DNA from: Porticoccaceae bacterium
Lineage (GTDB): Bacteria > Pseudomonadota > Gammaproteobacteria > Pseudomonadales > GM7GCV1
Reading direction: 5' to 3'
DNA length: 64,000 nt
NCBI GenBank assembly: GCA_038145405.1
Contig: JAYQPQ010000002.1
Coordinates: 6,535 to 70,534 of the forward strand
The translations under genes were made by a program, and so were the position numbers. Position 1 is the stretch's first letter, and each line of letters opens with the position of its first letter. Under the pieces are notes generated by a model. The model searched no databases. It saw only the letters and a list, made by a program, of their open reading frames with translations, and had not been told where the DNA came from. Positions 41,253 to 50,460 of this stretch are shown piece after piece.

Positions 41253-41945
41253 TCAGGGATCCATGGCAACGGCATTGGTAGTTTCGCCGACCTGGAACAC
41301 CTCGATCTCGACGCGGCGCTGCAGAGCGAAGGTATCGAGGTCATAGCTGGCACCGGTGGGCATGCTGGCACCATGGTGGAAAATGGCGATGCGGCTCTTG
41401 GGTACGCCAAGCTGATTGAGTGCGGCGGCGACGTTCTGGGCGCGGTACATGGCAAGGACGTTGTTGTACTCATCCGTGCCTCGTGGGTCGGCATAGCCGT
41501 CCAGTCGTACCTGCAAATCGGGATTGCGTATCAGGTAGCCGGCGAGCATCTTGAGTCGCTCGAAATCTTCGCTGTTCAACTCGTCGGTGCCGGTGGCAAA
41601 CATCACCTGAAAAGCCAGACGCGAGTACAGCGCCGAGCTCATGTCATCGAGCCTTAGTTCCAGCTGATCAATTTGCTGACGCTGGCGATGGCTTTCCTCG
41701 GCGACGCGATTGCGCTCCCGTTCGACCTGGCCGAGTCGGTCCGCTCGTTCGATGTGCTCACCCAGCCAGCCGCCCCCGGCGGCGCCGAATACCATTCCCA
41801 CCGGTCCGGCGGCCAGCGTACCGGCCAAGGTCGTGGTGAATAGCGTTAGCCCCTGTTTCCAGGCCGTGCTTGTTTCGATTGGGTCGGTGTTGGTGTCTGC
41901 CAGTGCAAGGCTGGGCAGAAGCAGAAGGATCAGTGCTTTGTTCAT
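41253..41945 (-). CDS. OmpA-family protein (signal peptide, Gly-rich hydrophobic segment, coiled coil, OmpA_C domain)
   Basis: MNKALILLLLPSLALA signal, GPVGMVFGAAGGGWLG, coiled coil ERERNRVAEESHRQRQQIDQLELRL, then VMFATGTDEL...VRLDGYADPRGTDEYNNVLAMYRAQNV. Confidence 0.85.
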   Translation of the reverse strand: MNKALILLLLPSLALADTNTDPIETSTAWKQGLTLFTTTLAGTLAAGPVGMVFGAAGGGWLGEHIERADRLGQVERERNRVAEESHRQRQQIDQLELRLDDMSSALYSRLAFQVMFATGTDELNSEDFERLKMLAGYLIRNPDLQVRLDGYADPRGTDEYNNVLAMYRAQNVAAALNQLGVPKSRIAIFHHGASMPTGASYDLDTFALQRRVEIEVFQVGETTNAVAMDP

Positions 41946-42000
41946 GAGGGTTTTCTCCAGGTTTTGTCAGGTTCCGGCTTTCCCGGTGTGTCCATTGAAG

Positions 42001-42047
42001 AAAACAAAAAAGGCCTGGCGCGGACCGATTAGGGCATCGCGCCGACC
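42001..42047 (-). terminator. rho-independent terminator after the TSUP gene
   Basis: Minus strand: GGTCGGCGCG-loop-CGCGCC(A)GGCC followed by TTTTTTGTTTT. Confidence 0.55.
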
Positions 42048-42075
42048 AAAGATGGCGAATTGTGGCAGTGGCCGA

Positions 42076-42825
42076 CTAGAACATCAGCTTGAGAATGAAG
42101 AGCAGGATGACCACCAAAAATACGCGTCGTATCAGGGGTTCGCCGCGCGTCAGGGTCATGTGTGCTCCGAGCCAGCCGCCGAGAAAATTCCCCAGCGCGA
42201 GACTCAAGCCCACCAACCAGAGCACCTGGCCGCTGTGCATAAATATGACCGTGGCCACGAGCGTGTACACCAGCACGATAAAGACCTTGTGCTGGTTTAC
42301 CCGAACCAGGTCTATGCCCAGAATGCGGTTCAACGCCGGCATCAGCAGAAAGCCGACACCGACCTGTATCAGGCCGCCCCAGAAGCCGATCCCCAGCATC
42401 GCCAGATGGCCAACCACCTGGCGGCCCCGACTCAGCTGCACCTGTTGCGGACTTCTGGCAGCGGGTGGCCGCAGCATCAGGAGCATGACCACCACCATGG
42501 TCAAGGCCAATAGCCGGTCAAAATTCTCACCGGCCAGGCGCGTGCCCAGCACGGCACCCGCCGCGGCGCCGGGCAAGGTCGCCAGCGCCAGACTCAGACC
42601 CAGGCGCCAGTCCGGGTAGCCGCGATAAAAAAAGGTGGAGCAGGCCGAAATGCTTTGCAACACCACACCAATGCGATTCGTTCCATTGGCCACTGGGCCG
42701 GGGATGCCCAGAAAAAGCATGATGGGTATGGTTAACAGCGAACCGCCGCCGGCCAGCACGTTGATCCAGCCGGCCACCAGTCCAGCCAAGGCGAGCAGGG
42801 GAAAATGCCAGAGTTCCAGGCTCAA
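42076..42825 (-). CDS. TSUP (TauE/SafE) family sulfite/anion exporter
   Basis: LLALAGLVAGWINVLAGGGSLLTIPIMLFLGIPGPVANGTNRIG and a repeated half. TTG 42825 is preceded by AGGGGG at 6-nt spacing and overlaps the upstream ORF's TGA (TTGA). Confidence 0.85.
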   Translation of the reverse strand: MSLELWHFPLLALAGLVAGWINVLAGGGSLLTIPIMLFLGIPGPVANGTNRIGVVLQSISACSTFFYRGYPDWRLGLSLALATLPGAAAGAVLGTRLAGENFDRLLALTMVVVMLLMLRPPAARSPQQVQLSRGRQVVGHLAMLGIGFWGGLIQVGVGFLLMPALNRILGIDLVRVNQHKVFIVLVYTLVATVIFMHSGQVLWLVGLSLALGNFLGGWLGAHMTLTRGEPLIRRVFLVVILLFILKLMF

Positions 42826-43025
42826 GCAATGCCCCCTGTAGGATCGCGCAAAAATACTGGCGTCCCTGATCTGGATGCGTCTGCAGCGTAACAATGGTCT
42901 TCCAGGTTGTAGCCGGCCGAATCATAGAAGCGCCTTGGAGCCAGGCGCTCTGCACGGGTAGTTTTGGTCGCAACTGGGACAGATGCGCAATCCAGGGTCT
43001 TGGCCGGCGCGAGCAAAATCAGCAT
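42822..43025 (-). pseudogene. yaaA: yaaA (UPF0246 peroxide-stress protein) remnant: N-terminus fused in frame to C-terminus
   Basis: 67 aa. MLILLAPAKTLDCASVPVATKTT compares with E. coli YaaA MLILISPAKTLDY (from memory). The tail FYDSAGYNLEDH...GTPVFLRD compares with the YaaA C-terminus FNSEGYFFDED...GELVFKR. About 190 central residues are missing. Confidence 0.6.
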
Positions 43026-43109
43026 GATGTGATGTAGGACTTAGTTGGCTCGGAAATTCGGATTATAAATCGCCCTGTCGAGCCACAGTGTTATTCGAGG
43101 TATTGTTCG

Positions 43110-44231
43110 ATGTCATTACGCTCTCTCCTGATTCTGTCACTTAGCCTGCTCGGTGCGACTTCCTGCACCACCAATCCGGTCACTGGTGAACGCGAGCTGT
43201 CCATCGTGTCAGAGGCCCAGGCACGACAGATTGGCGCGGCGCAGTACCGCGAGGGCCAACAGACTCAGGGTGGCATCTATTACCTGGATCCCGGTCTGAA
43301 TGCCTATGTCGCCGCCGTCGGCCGCAAGCTGGCGGCGGTTTCCGACGTGCCCAACCTCGACTACGAGTTTGTCGTGCTGAACAATCCAGTGCCCAACGCC
43401 TGGGCGTTGCCGGGCGGCAAAATCGCCGTCAACCGCGGTCTGCTGACCTATCTGGAAGATGAATCCCAGCTGGCTGCGGTGCTGGCTCACGAAATTGTGC
43501 ACGCGGCGGCGGGGCATGGCGCCAGCCAGATGTCGCGCTCGGTGCTCCTGGGAATCGGCTTACAGGTGGCTGGAGCCGCAACCGCCACTAGCGAATTTGG
43601 CGATCTGGTGCAGGCGGGTTCGGAGCTGGGGTCGGCAGCCTGGATGGCCAGCTACGGCAGAGATGATGAACTCGAAGCAGATCGCTACGGCATGCTTTAC
43701 ATGTCGCGAGCAGGCTACGATCCTCAGGGTGCCGTCGCATTGCAGCGCACCTTTGTACGACTGAGTGAAGGGCGTAGCGCCAGCTTCGCCGATGGGCTGT
43801 TTGCCAGCCACCCGCCGTCGCAGCAACGCGTCGATGCCAATATTCGCACCGCGAGCCAGCTGCCCGTCGGCGAAACCGGTCGAGCCGCCTACCAGAATGC
43901 CTTTCGGCAGGTGCGCGCCGACCAGGCGGCGTATGAGGCACAGGACAAGGCCATTGCCGCACTGAACAATAACGACCCGCGCACGGCGCATCAGCAGCTG
44001 AACATAGCAATCGATCTGCAGCCCAACGAGGGTCAGTTCTGGGAGCTGCGCGGTCACGCCTTCCGTATGCAGGAAGATTTTGTGCGCGCTGAGGAGGCCT
44101 ACAGTACTGCCATTCAGCGCAATCCGGACTACTACCACCACTGGGCAGCGCGTGGATCCCTGCGCGAGAGCCGCGGCCAGACCCAGGCAGCCGAGCGCGA
44201 CTATCAGCGCGCACGGGAACTGCTCGAATAA
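43110..44231 (+). CDS. M48-family zinc metalloprotease lipoprotein with C-terminal TPR repeats
   Basis: Lipobox LLGATSC, HEIVHAAAGH (HExxH), ELEADRYGMLYMSRAGYDP and a C-terminal TPR-like region. Confidence 0.85.
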   Translation: MSLRSLLILSLSLLGATSCTTNPVTGERELSIVSEAQARQIGAAQYREGQQTQGGIYYLDPGLNAYVAAVGRKLAAVSDVPNLDYEFVVLNNPVPNAWALPGGKIAVNRGLLTYLEDESQLAAVLAHEIVHAAAGHGASQMSRSVLLGIGLQVAGAATATSEFGDLVQAGSELGSAAWMASYGRDDELEADRYGMLYMSRAGYDPQGAVALQRTFVRLSEGRSASFADGLFASHPPSQQRVDANIRTASQLPVGETGRAAYQNAFRQVRADQAAYEAQDKAIAALNNNDPRTAHQQLNIAIDLQPNEGQFWELRGHAFRMQEDFVRAEEAYSTAIQRNPDYYHHWAARGSLRESRGQTQAAERDYQRARELLE

Positions 44232-44257
44232 CCCGAAAGCGATTCAAGGACGAAACC

Positions 44258-44881
44258 ATGACAGATTCCAGCCTGCCCCCCCTGGCTACTTCCATTCTGA
44301 ATTTCTGGTTCGGGGCAGAACCCCTCACGCCGGCCACCGCCGAACGTCAAAAGGCGCTCTGGTGGTCGGGTTCGAAAAATGTCGATTTCGATATCGAGCG
44401 GCGCTTCGGCAAGTTGGTGGGTCTGGCGGGTTCCGGAATTTTCGATGCCTGGATGGACTCGCCGAAGACCAGCGTTGCGCTCCTGCTTCTGCTGGATCAG
44501 TTTCCACGCAACATTTTTCGCGGCAAGGCAGATGCCTTCGCCTTTGATGCCGCGGCTTTGGTCTGCGCTGACCGCTTGGTGACTTCTGCTAGTTTTGCCG
44601 AGCTTAATCCGCTGCTTCGAAGTTTCAGCCTGCTGCCGCTAGAACACAGCGAATCGCTGCAGGATCAGCAGCGCTGTCTAAACGAATTCGAGCGTTTAAT
44701 TGAGGAAAGCGATGCGTCTTGGCACGCCCTGTTGCGCGGCTATCGGGATTACGCCGAGAAACACTACCGCATTATCGAGCAGTTTGGCCGCTTTCCGCAC
44801 CGCAACGCGGCACTGGGGAGAGTCTCAACGCCGGACGAACTGACCTACCTGGAATCCAATGCCAGCCGCTTTGGCCAGTAG
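44258..44881 (+). CDS. DUF924 family protein
   Basis: ILNFWFG...LWWSGS...ALLLLLDQFPRNIFRG...LLPLEHSE pattern recalled for DUF924. Confidence 0.7.
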   Translation: MTDSSLPPLATSILNFWFGAEPLTPATAERQKALWWSGSKNVDFDIERRFGKLVGLAGSGIFDAWMDSPKTSVALLLLLDQFPRNIFRGKADAFAFDAAALVCADRLVTSASFAELNPLLRSFSLLPLEHSESLQDQQRCLNEFERLIEESDASWHALLRGYRDYAEKHYRIIEQFGRFPHRNAALGRVSTPDELTYLESNASRFGQ

Positions 44882-44908
44882 TGGTGATTTTCCACCAGCT
44901 TGTGCGGC

Positions 44909-45631
44909 TCAGTTGTCCTGAACTTGTTCTTCCATCTCCTTGAATGAGCTGTGGCGCACATCCACGCCTTTGACCATATAGATCAGCTGCTCGGAGAGAT
45001 TCTTGACGTGGTCGCCAATGCGCTCCAGAGAGCGCAGCGCCCAGATGATATTCAAGACTTTGGAAATGGAGCGCGGGTCTTCCATCATGTAGGTGACCAT
45101 TTCGCGCAGTGCAGTGCGGTACTCCTGGTCCACCAGCTTGTCCTGCTTGGCAATATCCACGCTGCCCTCGGCGTCGAGCCGACCGTAGGCATTGAGCAGA
45201 TTGCTCAGCATCGCCGTCACCAGACTGGCGACATGGCGTATTTCGATGTAGCCGCGCGCAGCGGCTTCTTCTTCAATCAACTTGATAGCCATCTTGGCAA
45301 TCTTGTTGGCTTCGTCGCCGATGCGCTCAAGATCCTGTACCGACTTGCTGATACCCAGAATCAGGCGTAAATCCGAAGCGGTCGGTTGGCGTGTGGCGAT
45401 GAGACGTACACAAGCCTTGTCGATTTGCACATCGTACTCGTTCACCTGAGCCTCATTGGCAATCACCGCAGCGGCCAGCTCGGAGTCGGGTGCCTCCAGC
45501 GAGTTCAGGGCGTCGGACAGCTGCTTTTCCACCACTCCGCCCATTTCCAGAAACTTGCTGATCAAGCTACTCAGCTCGTCATCGAACTTGTGGAAAATGT
45601 GCTTTTCCAAGGGTGCTCCTTCTTTCGGCAT
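44909..45631 (-). CDS. phoU: phosphate signalling complex protein PhoU
   Basis: Two PhoU repeats (IGDEANKIAKMA and IGDHVKNLSEQL). Last gene of the pst operon. Confidence 0.95.
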   Translation of the reverse strand: MPKEGAPLEKHIFHKFDDELSSLISKFLEMGGVVEKQLSDALNSLEAPDSELAAAVIANEAQVNEYDVQIDKACVRLIATRQPTASDLRLILGISKSVQDLERIGDEANKIAKMAIKLIEEEAAARGYIEIRHVASLVTAMLSNLLNAYGRLDAEGSVDIAKQDKLVDQEYRTALREMVTYMMEDPRSISKVLNIIWALRSLERIGDHVKNLSEQLIYMVKGVDVRHSSFKEMEEQVQDN

Positions 45632-45639
45632 AAGCGACC

Positions 45640-46506
45640 TCAGCCAAATCGGCCCGTGATGTAGTCTTCAGTTAACTGGTGCTCAGGATTGGTGAACACC
45701 ACTTCGGTCGAGTTCACCTCGATCAGTTTACCCAAGTGGAAGTAGGCTGTCCGGTTCGACACGCGCGCGGCCTGCTGCATGGAGTGAGTAACGATGGCGA
45801 TGGTGTAGTTGTTGGACAACTCCGTCATCAGTTCCTCAATGCGCGCTGTCGCAATGGGGTCCAGTGCCGAACAGGGTTCATCCATCAGGATTACCTCGGG
45901 GCTGATGGCAATGGCCCGCGCGATACAGAGGCGCTGCTGCTGGCCTCCGGAAAGCCCGGTACCCGGCGAGTGCAGTCGATCCTTCACTTCGTCCCAAAGG
46001 CCAGCGCGGCGCAGGCTGGTTTCCACTACCTCATCCAGATCCTCCTTGCGCGAACAGAGGCCGTGAATTTTCGGCCCATAGGCGACATTCTCGTAAATGG
46101 TCTTGGGAAAGGGATTGGGCTTCTGAAATACCATCCCAACCCGGGCGCGCAACTTCACCGGATCCATGTCGCGGCGGTAGACCTCTTCGCCGTCCAGCAG
46201 AATATCCCCGCTGACCCGACAGCCGGGAATGGTGTCGTTCATGCGATTAAGACAGCGCAGGAAGGTCGACTTGCCGCAACCCGAGGGGCCGATCATGGCG
46301 ATGATCTCGTTACGCGCAATGTCCAGGCTGACATCGAATATGGCCTGCTTTTCGCCGTAAAAGACGTTGATATTGCGCATGGAAAACTTGGCGCTTTCCA
46401 GCAGCGCTTTGCCTACGGTTTTCACATGTTCGTGCTCGGTGAGCATGCTTGCCTCGGTGCCTTTTGCAGAAGCGGTGTGGGCCAGGCCCAGATCCAGGGT
46501 TGTCAT
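45640..46506 (-). CDS. pstB: phosphate ABC transporter ATP-binding protein
   Basis: [47 protein letters not shown]. The alternative start ATG 46446 has a better Shine-Dalgarno (GAGG). Confidence 0.95.
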   Translation of the reverse strand: MTTLDLGLAHTASAKGTEASMLTEHEHVKTVGKALLESAKFSMRNINVFYGEKQAIFDVSLDIARNEIIAMIGPSGCGKSTFLRCLNRMNDTIPGCRVSGDILLDGEEVYRRDMDPVKLRARVGMVFQKPNPFPKTIYENVAYGPKIHGLCSRKEDLDEVVETSLRRAGLWDEVKDRLHSPGTGLSGGQQQRLCIARAIAISPEVILMDEPCSALDPIATARIEELMTELSNNYTIAIVTHSMQQAARVSNRTAYFHLGKLIEVNSTEVVFTNPEHQLTEDYITGRFG

Positions 46507-46513
46507 GAAAATG

Positions 46514-47800
46514 CTACCAGCGTCGTTCGAGTTTTTTGCGCAGCAGCACGGCTGCGGAGTTCATACTGATAAGGAAGGCCAAGAGTACCAGAATGGCTCC
46601 GGATGTCTTCTCCACAAAGGCGCGCTCGGGGCTGTCGGCCCACAGATAAATCTGCACCGGCAGCACGGTGGAGGAATCGGTCAGCGAACCCGGCACATCG
46701 ACGATAAAGGCCACCATGCCGATCATCAGCAACGGAGCCGTTTCACCCAGGGCGCGCGCCATGCCGATAATGGACCCGGTGAGCATGCCCGGCATTGCCA
46801 GCGGCAGGACGTGGTGCATCACGGTCTGGGTATGTGATGCGCCAACACCCAGCGCCGCCTCGCGAATCGAGGGTGGCACCGCCTTGATGGACGAGCGGCT
46901 GGAAATAATGATGGTCGGCAGGGTCATGACCGTCAGCACCAGACCACCTACTAAGGGCGCCGAACGAGGCATGCCAAAGAAGTTGATAAATATTGCCAGG
47001 CCGAGCAAGCCAAAAATAATGGAGGGCACGGCGGCCAGGTTATTAATATTCACCTCGATGATCTGGGTGAAGCGATTTCGCGGAGCGAACTCCTCCAGGT
47101 AGAGCGCGGCCGCCACGCCGATCGGAAAGGACAGCGCCAGGGTCACCACCAGGGTCAGCAGGGACCCCACCACGGCGCCGAGAATGCCGGCTTGCTCGGG
47201 TTCGCGCGAATCGCCAGAGGTAAAGAAGGCACCGTTGAAAGCCAGGCGCAGGGCGCCCTGCTGCTCGAGTTCGTCGAGCCACTGCAGCTTGAGGTCGGAT
47301 ACCCGGCGTTGAGTCTCCGGCAGGCTGGTATTGATATAGCCCTTGCGGTACATATCGACTTCGTCGTCGGCGGTGAGCCAAAGCCTTTGTCGCGTCCCCA
47401 GCCACGCGGGATTTTCCTGCAAGGCGTCGGCCAGGTAATAAGTGGCCCCCGAGCTCACTAGGCTGAGCAGATCGCGCCGTTCGGCGCGCGCCGTGACATG
47501 GGGAAAGCGCTCGAAGATGGCTTCGCGCAGAGCGGCATCCACATTGGCATCGGCCAGATCTTCGGCGCTGGCGGAAGCGGGCAGGCCCAGACGTTCCGGA
47601 CTGAAATCCACTTCCAGCTGCACCTGAGCCTGAAAAAAGGCGAGGTGGCCCTTGCGCAAAATGTCGCCAAACAGCAGCGCCAGCACGGCTAGACCGAAGA
47701 AAATTGCCAGGCGTCCATACCACTGGAATCGGGCCTCGGCGCGGTAGCGTCTTTGCAAACCGGCATTGATCAGGGCGAGGCTTTCCGAGGGGCTATTCAT
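46514..47800 (-). CDS. pstA: phosphate ABC transporter permease PstA (long form)
   Basis: Second permease in the pstSCAB order. Has the EAA-loop region [14 protein letters not shown]. 8-nt overlap with pstC. Confidence 0.9.
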   Translation of the reverse strand: MNSPSESLALINAGLQRRYRAEARFQWYGRLAIFFGLAVLALLFGDILRKGHLAFFQAQVQLEVDFSPERLGLPASASAEDLADANVDAALREAIFERFPHVTARAERRDLLSLVSSGATYYLADALQENPAWLGTRQRLWLTADDEVDMYRKGYINTSLPETQRRVSDLKLQWLDELEQQGALRLAFNGAFFTSGDSREPEQAGILGAVVGSLLTLVVTLALSFPIGVAAALYLEEFAPRNRFTQIIEVNINNLAAVPSIIFGLLGLAIFINFFGMPRSAPLVGGLVLTVMTLPTIIISSRSSIKAVPPSIREAALGVGASHTQTVMHHVLPLAMPGMLTGSIIGMARALGETAPLLMIGMVAFIVDVPGSLTDSSTVLPVQIYLWADSPERAFVEKTSGAILVLLAFLISMNSAAVLLRKKLERRW

Positions 47801-49175
47801 ATTGCTCCCGATAACGGTTCACCACCCAGAGGGCAATGATGTTCAGAATCAGGGTGACGACAAAGAGCACCAAGCCCAAGGCAAAGGCTGCCAGGGTCTT
47901 GGCACTGTCAAACTCCTGATCGCCCACCAGCAGAGTGACGATCTGCACTGTTACCGTGGTTACCGATTCCAGGGGATTGGCCGTGAGGTTGGCCGCCAGG
48001 CCGGCTGCCATGACCACGATCATGGTTTCGCCAATGGCCCGCGACACGGCCAGCAGCACGCCACCGACAATGCCCGGCAGCGCCGCTGGGATAATCACGC
48101 GGCGCACTGTCTCGGACTGGGTTGCACCCAAGCCGAAAGAGCCATCGCGCAAGGATTGGGGCACGGCGTTGATGACATCGTCCGATAGCGACGATACGAA
48201 GGGAATAATCATTATGCCCATGACTAGACCGGCGGCCAGCGCGCTCTCCGATGAGGTGACAAAGCCCAGTTGCTCGCCCCAGTCGCGGATAAAGGGAGCC
48301 ACTGTTAAGGCAGCAAAGAATCCGTACACCACGGTGGGAATGCCCGCCAACACTTCCAGCAGCGGTTTGGCGATGCCACGCAGTCGGGGGCTGGCGTATT
48401 CGGCCAGATAGATGGCAGACATGAGGCCGACGGGTACGGCTACACACATGGCCACAAAGGAAATTTGCAGGGTACCGACGAACAGCGGCACCGCGCCGAA
48501 GGAACCGGAAGCACCCACCTGATCCGTACGAATGGCGGTTTGCGGACTCCAGTGCAGACCACCAATAAACTCCCAGAAGGACACCTGCTGGAAAAACCGA
48601 AGAGCTTCAAACAGCACGGAGAGCACTATGCCCAGGGTGGTGAGGATGGCGATCAGCGAGCAGGCCATCAACAGCGCGCGCAGGGTAAATTCAACCTCAT
48701 TGCGCGCCGCCAGTTGCGGGCGAATGCGGCGCACCGCCAACACCAGTCCGACCAGCGACAAGGCCAGTACCACCAGGGTCATCCACCAGCGATTGACGCG
48801 CACCAGATTCTGGCTGTAATCGGCGGCCGCCAGCAGGGTGGGGTCAGTCGAGACCAGCGTACCGCTGGCGACATTGGCGATTTGCGCCAGTAGCAGACTG
48901 CGTTCGCCCGGCGTGGCGGGCAGCTGGGCCTCGGGGATAGACAGCAGAGTCAGCTCGCGGATAAGTAGGTCATCGAGCCCAAACCAGAGCAACAACAGTA
49001 CGAGTGCGGGCAGGCCCGACCAGTAGGCCACCATGCTGCCGTAATAGGAGGGCAGCGAATGCAGGAAACGCTGGCCACCCACGCCCTGGGCGAGCTGACG
49101 GGAACGGAGGCGCCCGAGGACGAAGCCGAAACCCGCCAGCAACACGACCAGGATGAGAAGAGATGAAAACCCCAT
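47793..49175 (-). CDS. pstC: phosphate ABC transporter permease PstC (long form)
   Basis: First permease after pstS. Has RDGSFGLGATQSETV (EAA loop) and multiple TM helices. Confidence 0.9.
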   Translation of the reverse strand: MGFSSLLILVVLLAGFGFVLGRLRSRQLAQGVGGQRFLHSLPSYYGSMVAYWSGLPALVLLLLWFGLDDLLIRELTLLSIPEAQLPATPGERSLLLAQIANVASGTLVSTDPTLLAAADYSQNLVRVNRWWMTLVVLALSLVGLVLAVRRIRPQLAARNEVEFTLRALLMACSLIAILTTLGIVLSVLFEALRFFQQVSFWEFIGGLHWSPQTAIRTDQVGASGSFGAVPLFVGTLQISFVAMCVAVPVGLMSAIYLAEYASPRLRGIAKPLLEVLAGIPTVVYGFFAALTVAPFIRDWGEQLGFVTSSESALAAGLVMGIMIIPFVSSLSDDVINAVPQSLRDGSFGLGATQSETVRRVIIPAALPGIVGGVLLAVSRAIGETMIVVMAAGLAANLTANPLESVTTVTVQIVTLLVGDQEFDSAKTLAAFALGLVLFVVTLILNIIALWVVNRYREQYE

Positions 49176-49222
49176 GCTGCAATGATATCAGCAGACGGAT
49201 GACATGCAGATGACTAAGGCGA

Positions 49223-50347
49223 TCAGTGGTGCACGACCGCCATATTTTCCAGGCTTTCCACCAATGCGTCGTATTCATCTGCGGCCAGCGGAATCAGTCC
49301 GCGGTCGGACAAATAGCCAAATTCACCCACCGCGTTCTCACTGACGAACTCGTTGAGGAATTCCATCATGCCGGGTACCACGCCAATGTGGTTCTTCTTG
49401 ACGTAGATGAAGAGGGGGCGAGATACCGCGTAATCGCCGCTGGCGATGGCATCGAAGTCCGGTGCCACACCCTCGATGGCGTGTCCGCGCACGATGTCCT
49501 GGTTCTGGTCGAGAAAGCTAAAGCCCATGATGCCCACCGCACGCGGGTTGGCGCCGAGCTTCTGCACGATCAGATTGTCGTTCTCGCCGGCTTCGATGAA
49601 CTTGCCGTCTTCGCGAATTTTGAAGGAGAGGAGTTCGACCAGGTCCGCGCCGGTGGGGTTACCCAAGCCACGCGTCATCTCGGCATAGGCTTCGGCATTG
49701 ACACCGAGACCGGTCAGAGCCTCACGCAGGTCAGCCGCGCTCACGCCTTCCAGTTCGTGCAGCAACTCAATGCTCTCGGCGCCCGGCAGCATGACGAGTT
49801 CCAAAAAGGCGTCGCGCGTGCCAGAGGTCGGCGGCGGGCCGAGCACTTCGATGGCTTCATTGGGCAGTGCCGGATTCACCTGCTGCCAGGTCTGGTAGGG
49901 GTTGCGCACCAGTTGACCTGAGGCGTTGGGCACCCAGGCAGCCAGTGCCAGATATATATCGCGCAGACTCAGACTCATCTGCTGACCTGCCATGGAGCTG
50001 ACCAGCACGATGCCGTCATAGCCGATTTTCAATTCGACCACCTCAACGCCCCTGGCTTCACAGTCGGCCAGTTCAGAATCGGTGATGGCGCGCGAGGCAT
50101 TGGTTACATCGGGGAAGGCTTCGCCGACGCCGGCGCAAAATTGTTTCATGCCACCGCCGGTGCCAGTAGACTCCACCTTTGGCGTCTTGAACCCGGTGGA
50201 ACGACCAAAACGTTCGGCAACCAGCGTAGTAAAGGGATATACGGTAGAGGATCCGACCACGCTGATCTGATCGCGGGCCGCCCACACCGGGCTGGTACCA
50301 AGCAGGGTTAAGCTGAACAGTGCGCTGAGAATGCGAAGTTTAGACAT
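49223..50347 (-). CDS. pstS: phosphate ABC transporter substrate-binding protein (PstS family, PBP_like_2 type)
   Basis: Signal peptide, then ISVVGSSTVYPFTTLVAERF, typical of this PstS subfamily. Heads the pst operon behind the Pho boxes. Confidence 0.88.
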   Translation of the reverse strand: MSKLRILSALFSLTLLGTSPVWAARDQISVVGSSTVYPFTTLVAERFGRSTGFKTPKVESTGTGGGMKQFCAGVGEAFPDVTNASRAITDSELADCEARGVEVVELKIGYDGIVLVSSMAGQQMSLSLRDIYLALAAWVPNASGQLVRNPYQTWQQVNPALPNEAIEVLGPPPTSGTRDAFLELVMLPGAESIELLHELEGVSAADLREALTGLGVNAEAYAEMTRGLGNPTGADLVELLSFKIREDGKFIEAGENDNLIVQKLGANPRAVGIMGFSFLDQNQDIVRGHAIEGVAPDFDAIASGDYAVSRPLFIYVKKNHIGVVPGMMEFLNEFVSENAVGEFGYLSDRGLIPLAADEYDALVESLENMAVVHH

Positions 50348-50384
50348 GATCTCTATTCGGGGTAGCTGAGGTTGGGCGCCAAAT

Positions 50385-50424
50385 TACTGCAGAATAATGA
50401 CAGAAATATGACACTCAGACAGCC
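50385..50424 (-). promoter_or_regulatory. Pho boxes of the pstS promoter
   Basis: Minus strand: GTGTCATatttCTGTCATtattCTGCAGT. Three 7-mers at exact 11-bp phase match CTGTCAT-N4-CTGTCAT, followed by TAATTT as a possible -10. Confidence 0.65.
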
Positions 50425-50460
50425 AGGGGGCTGCCGGCAACAGGGTCGAGGGGGGCTGGC

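Noticed and set aside
40439-41494. 351-aa version of the response regulator, and similar over-extended ORF-track starts (thyA 27158, glmS 63265, permease 1936, folA 26250, gcvT 32255, tamB 59629, tamA 61278, TSUP 42894)
   Set aside because: The extensions overlap upstream genes, are Pro/Arg/Ser-rich and precede the point where family homology begins. Internal ATG/GTG/TTG starts that overlap the upstream stop codon give proteins of canonical length.
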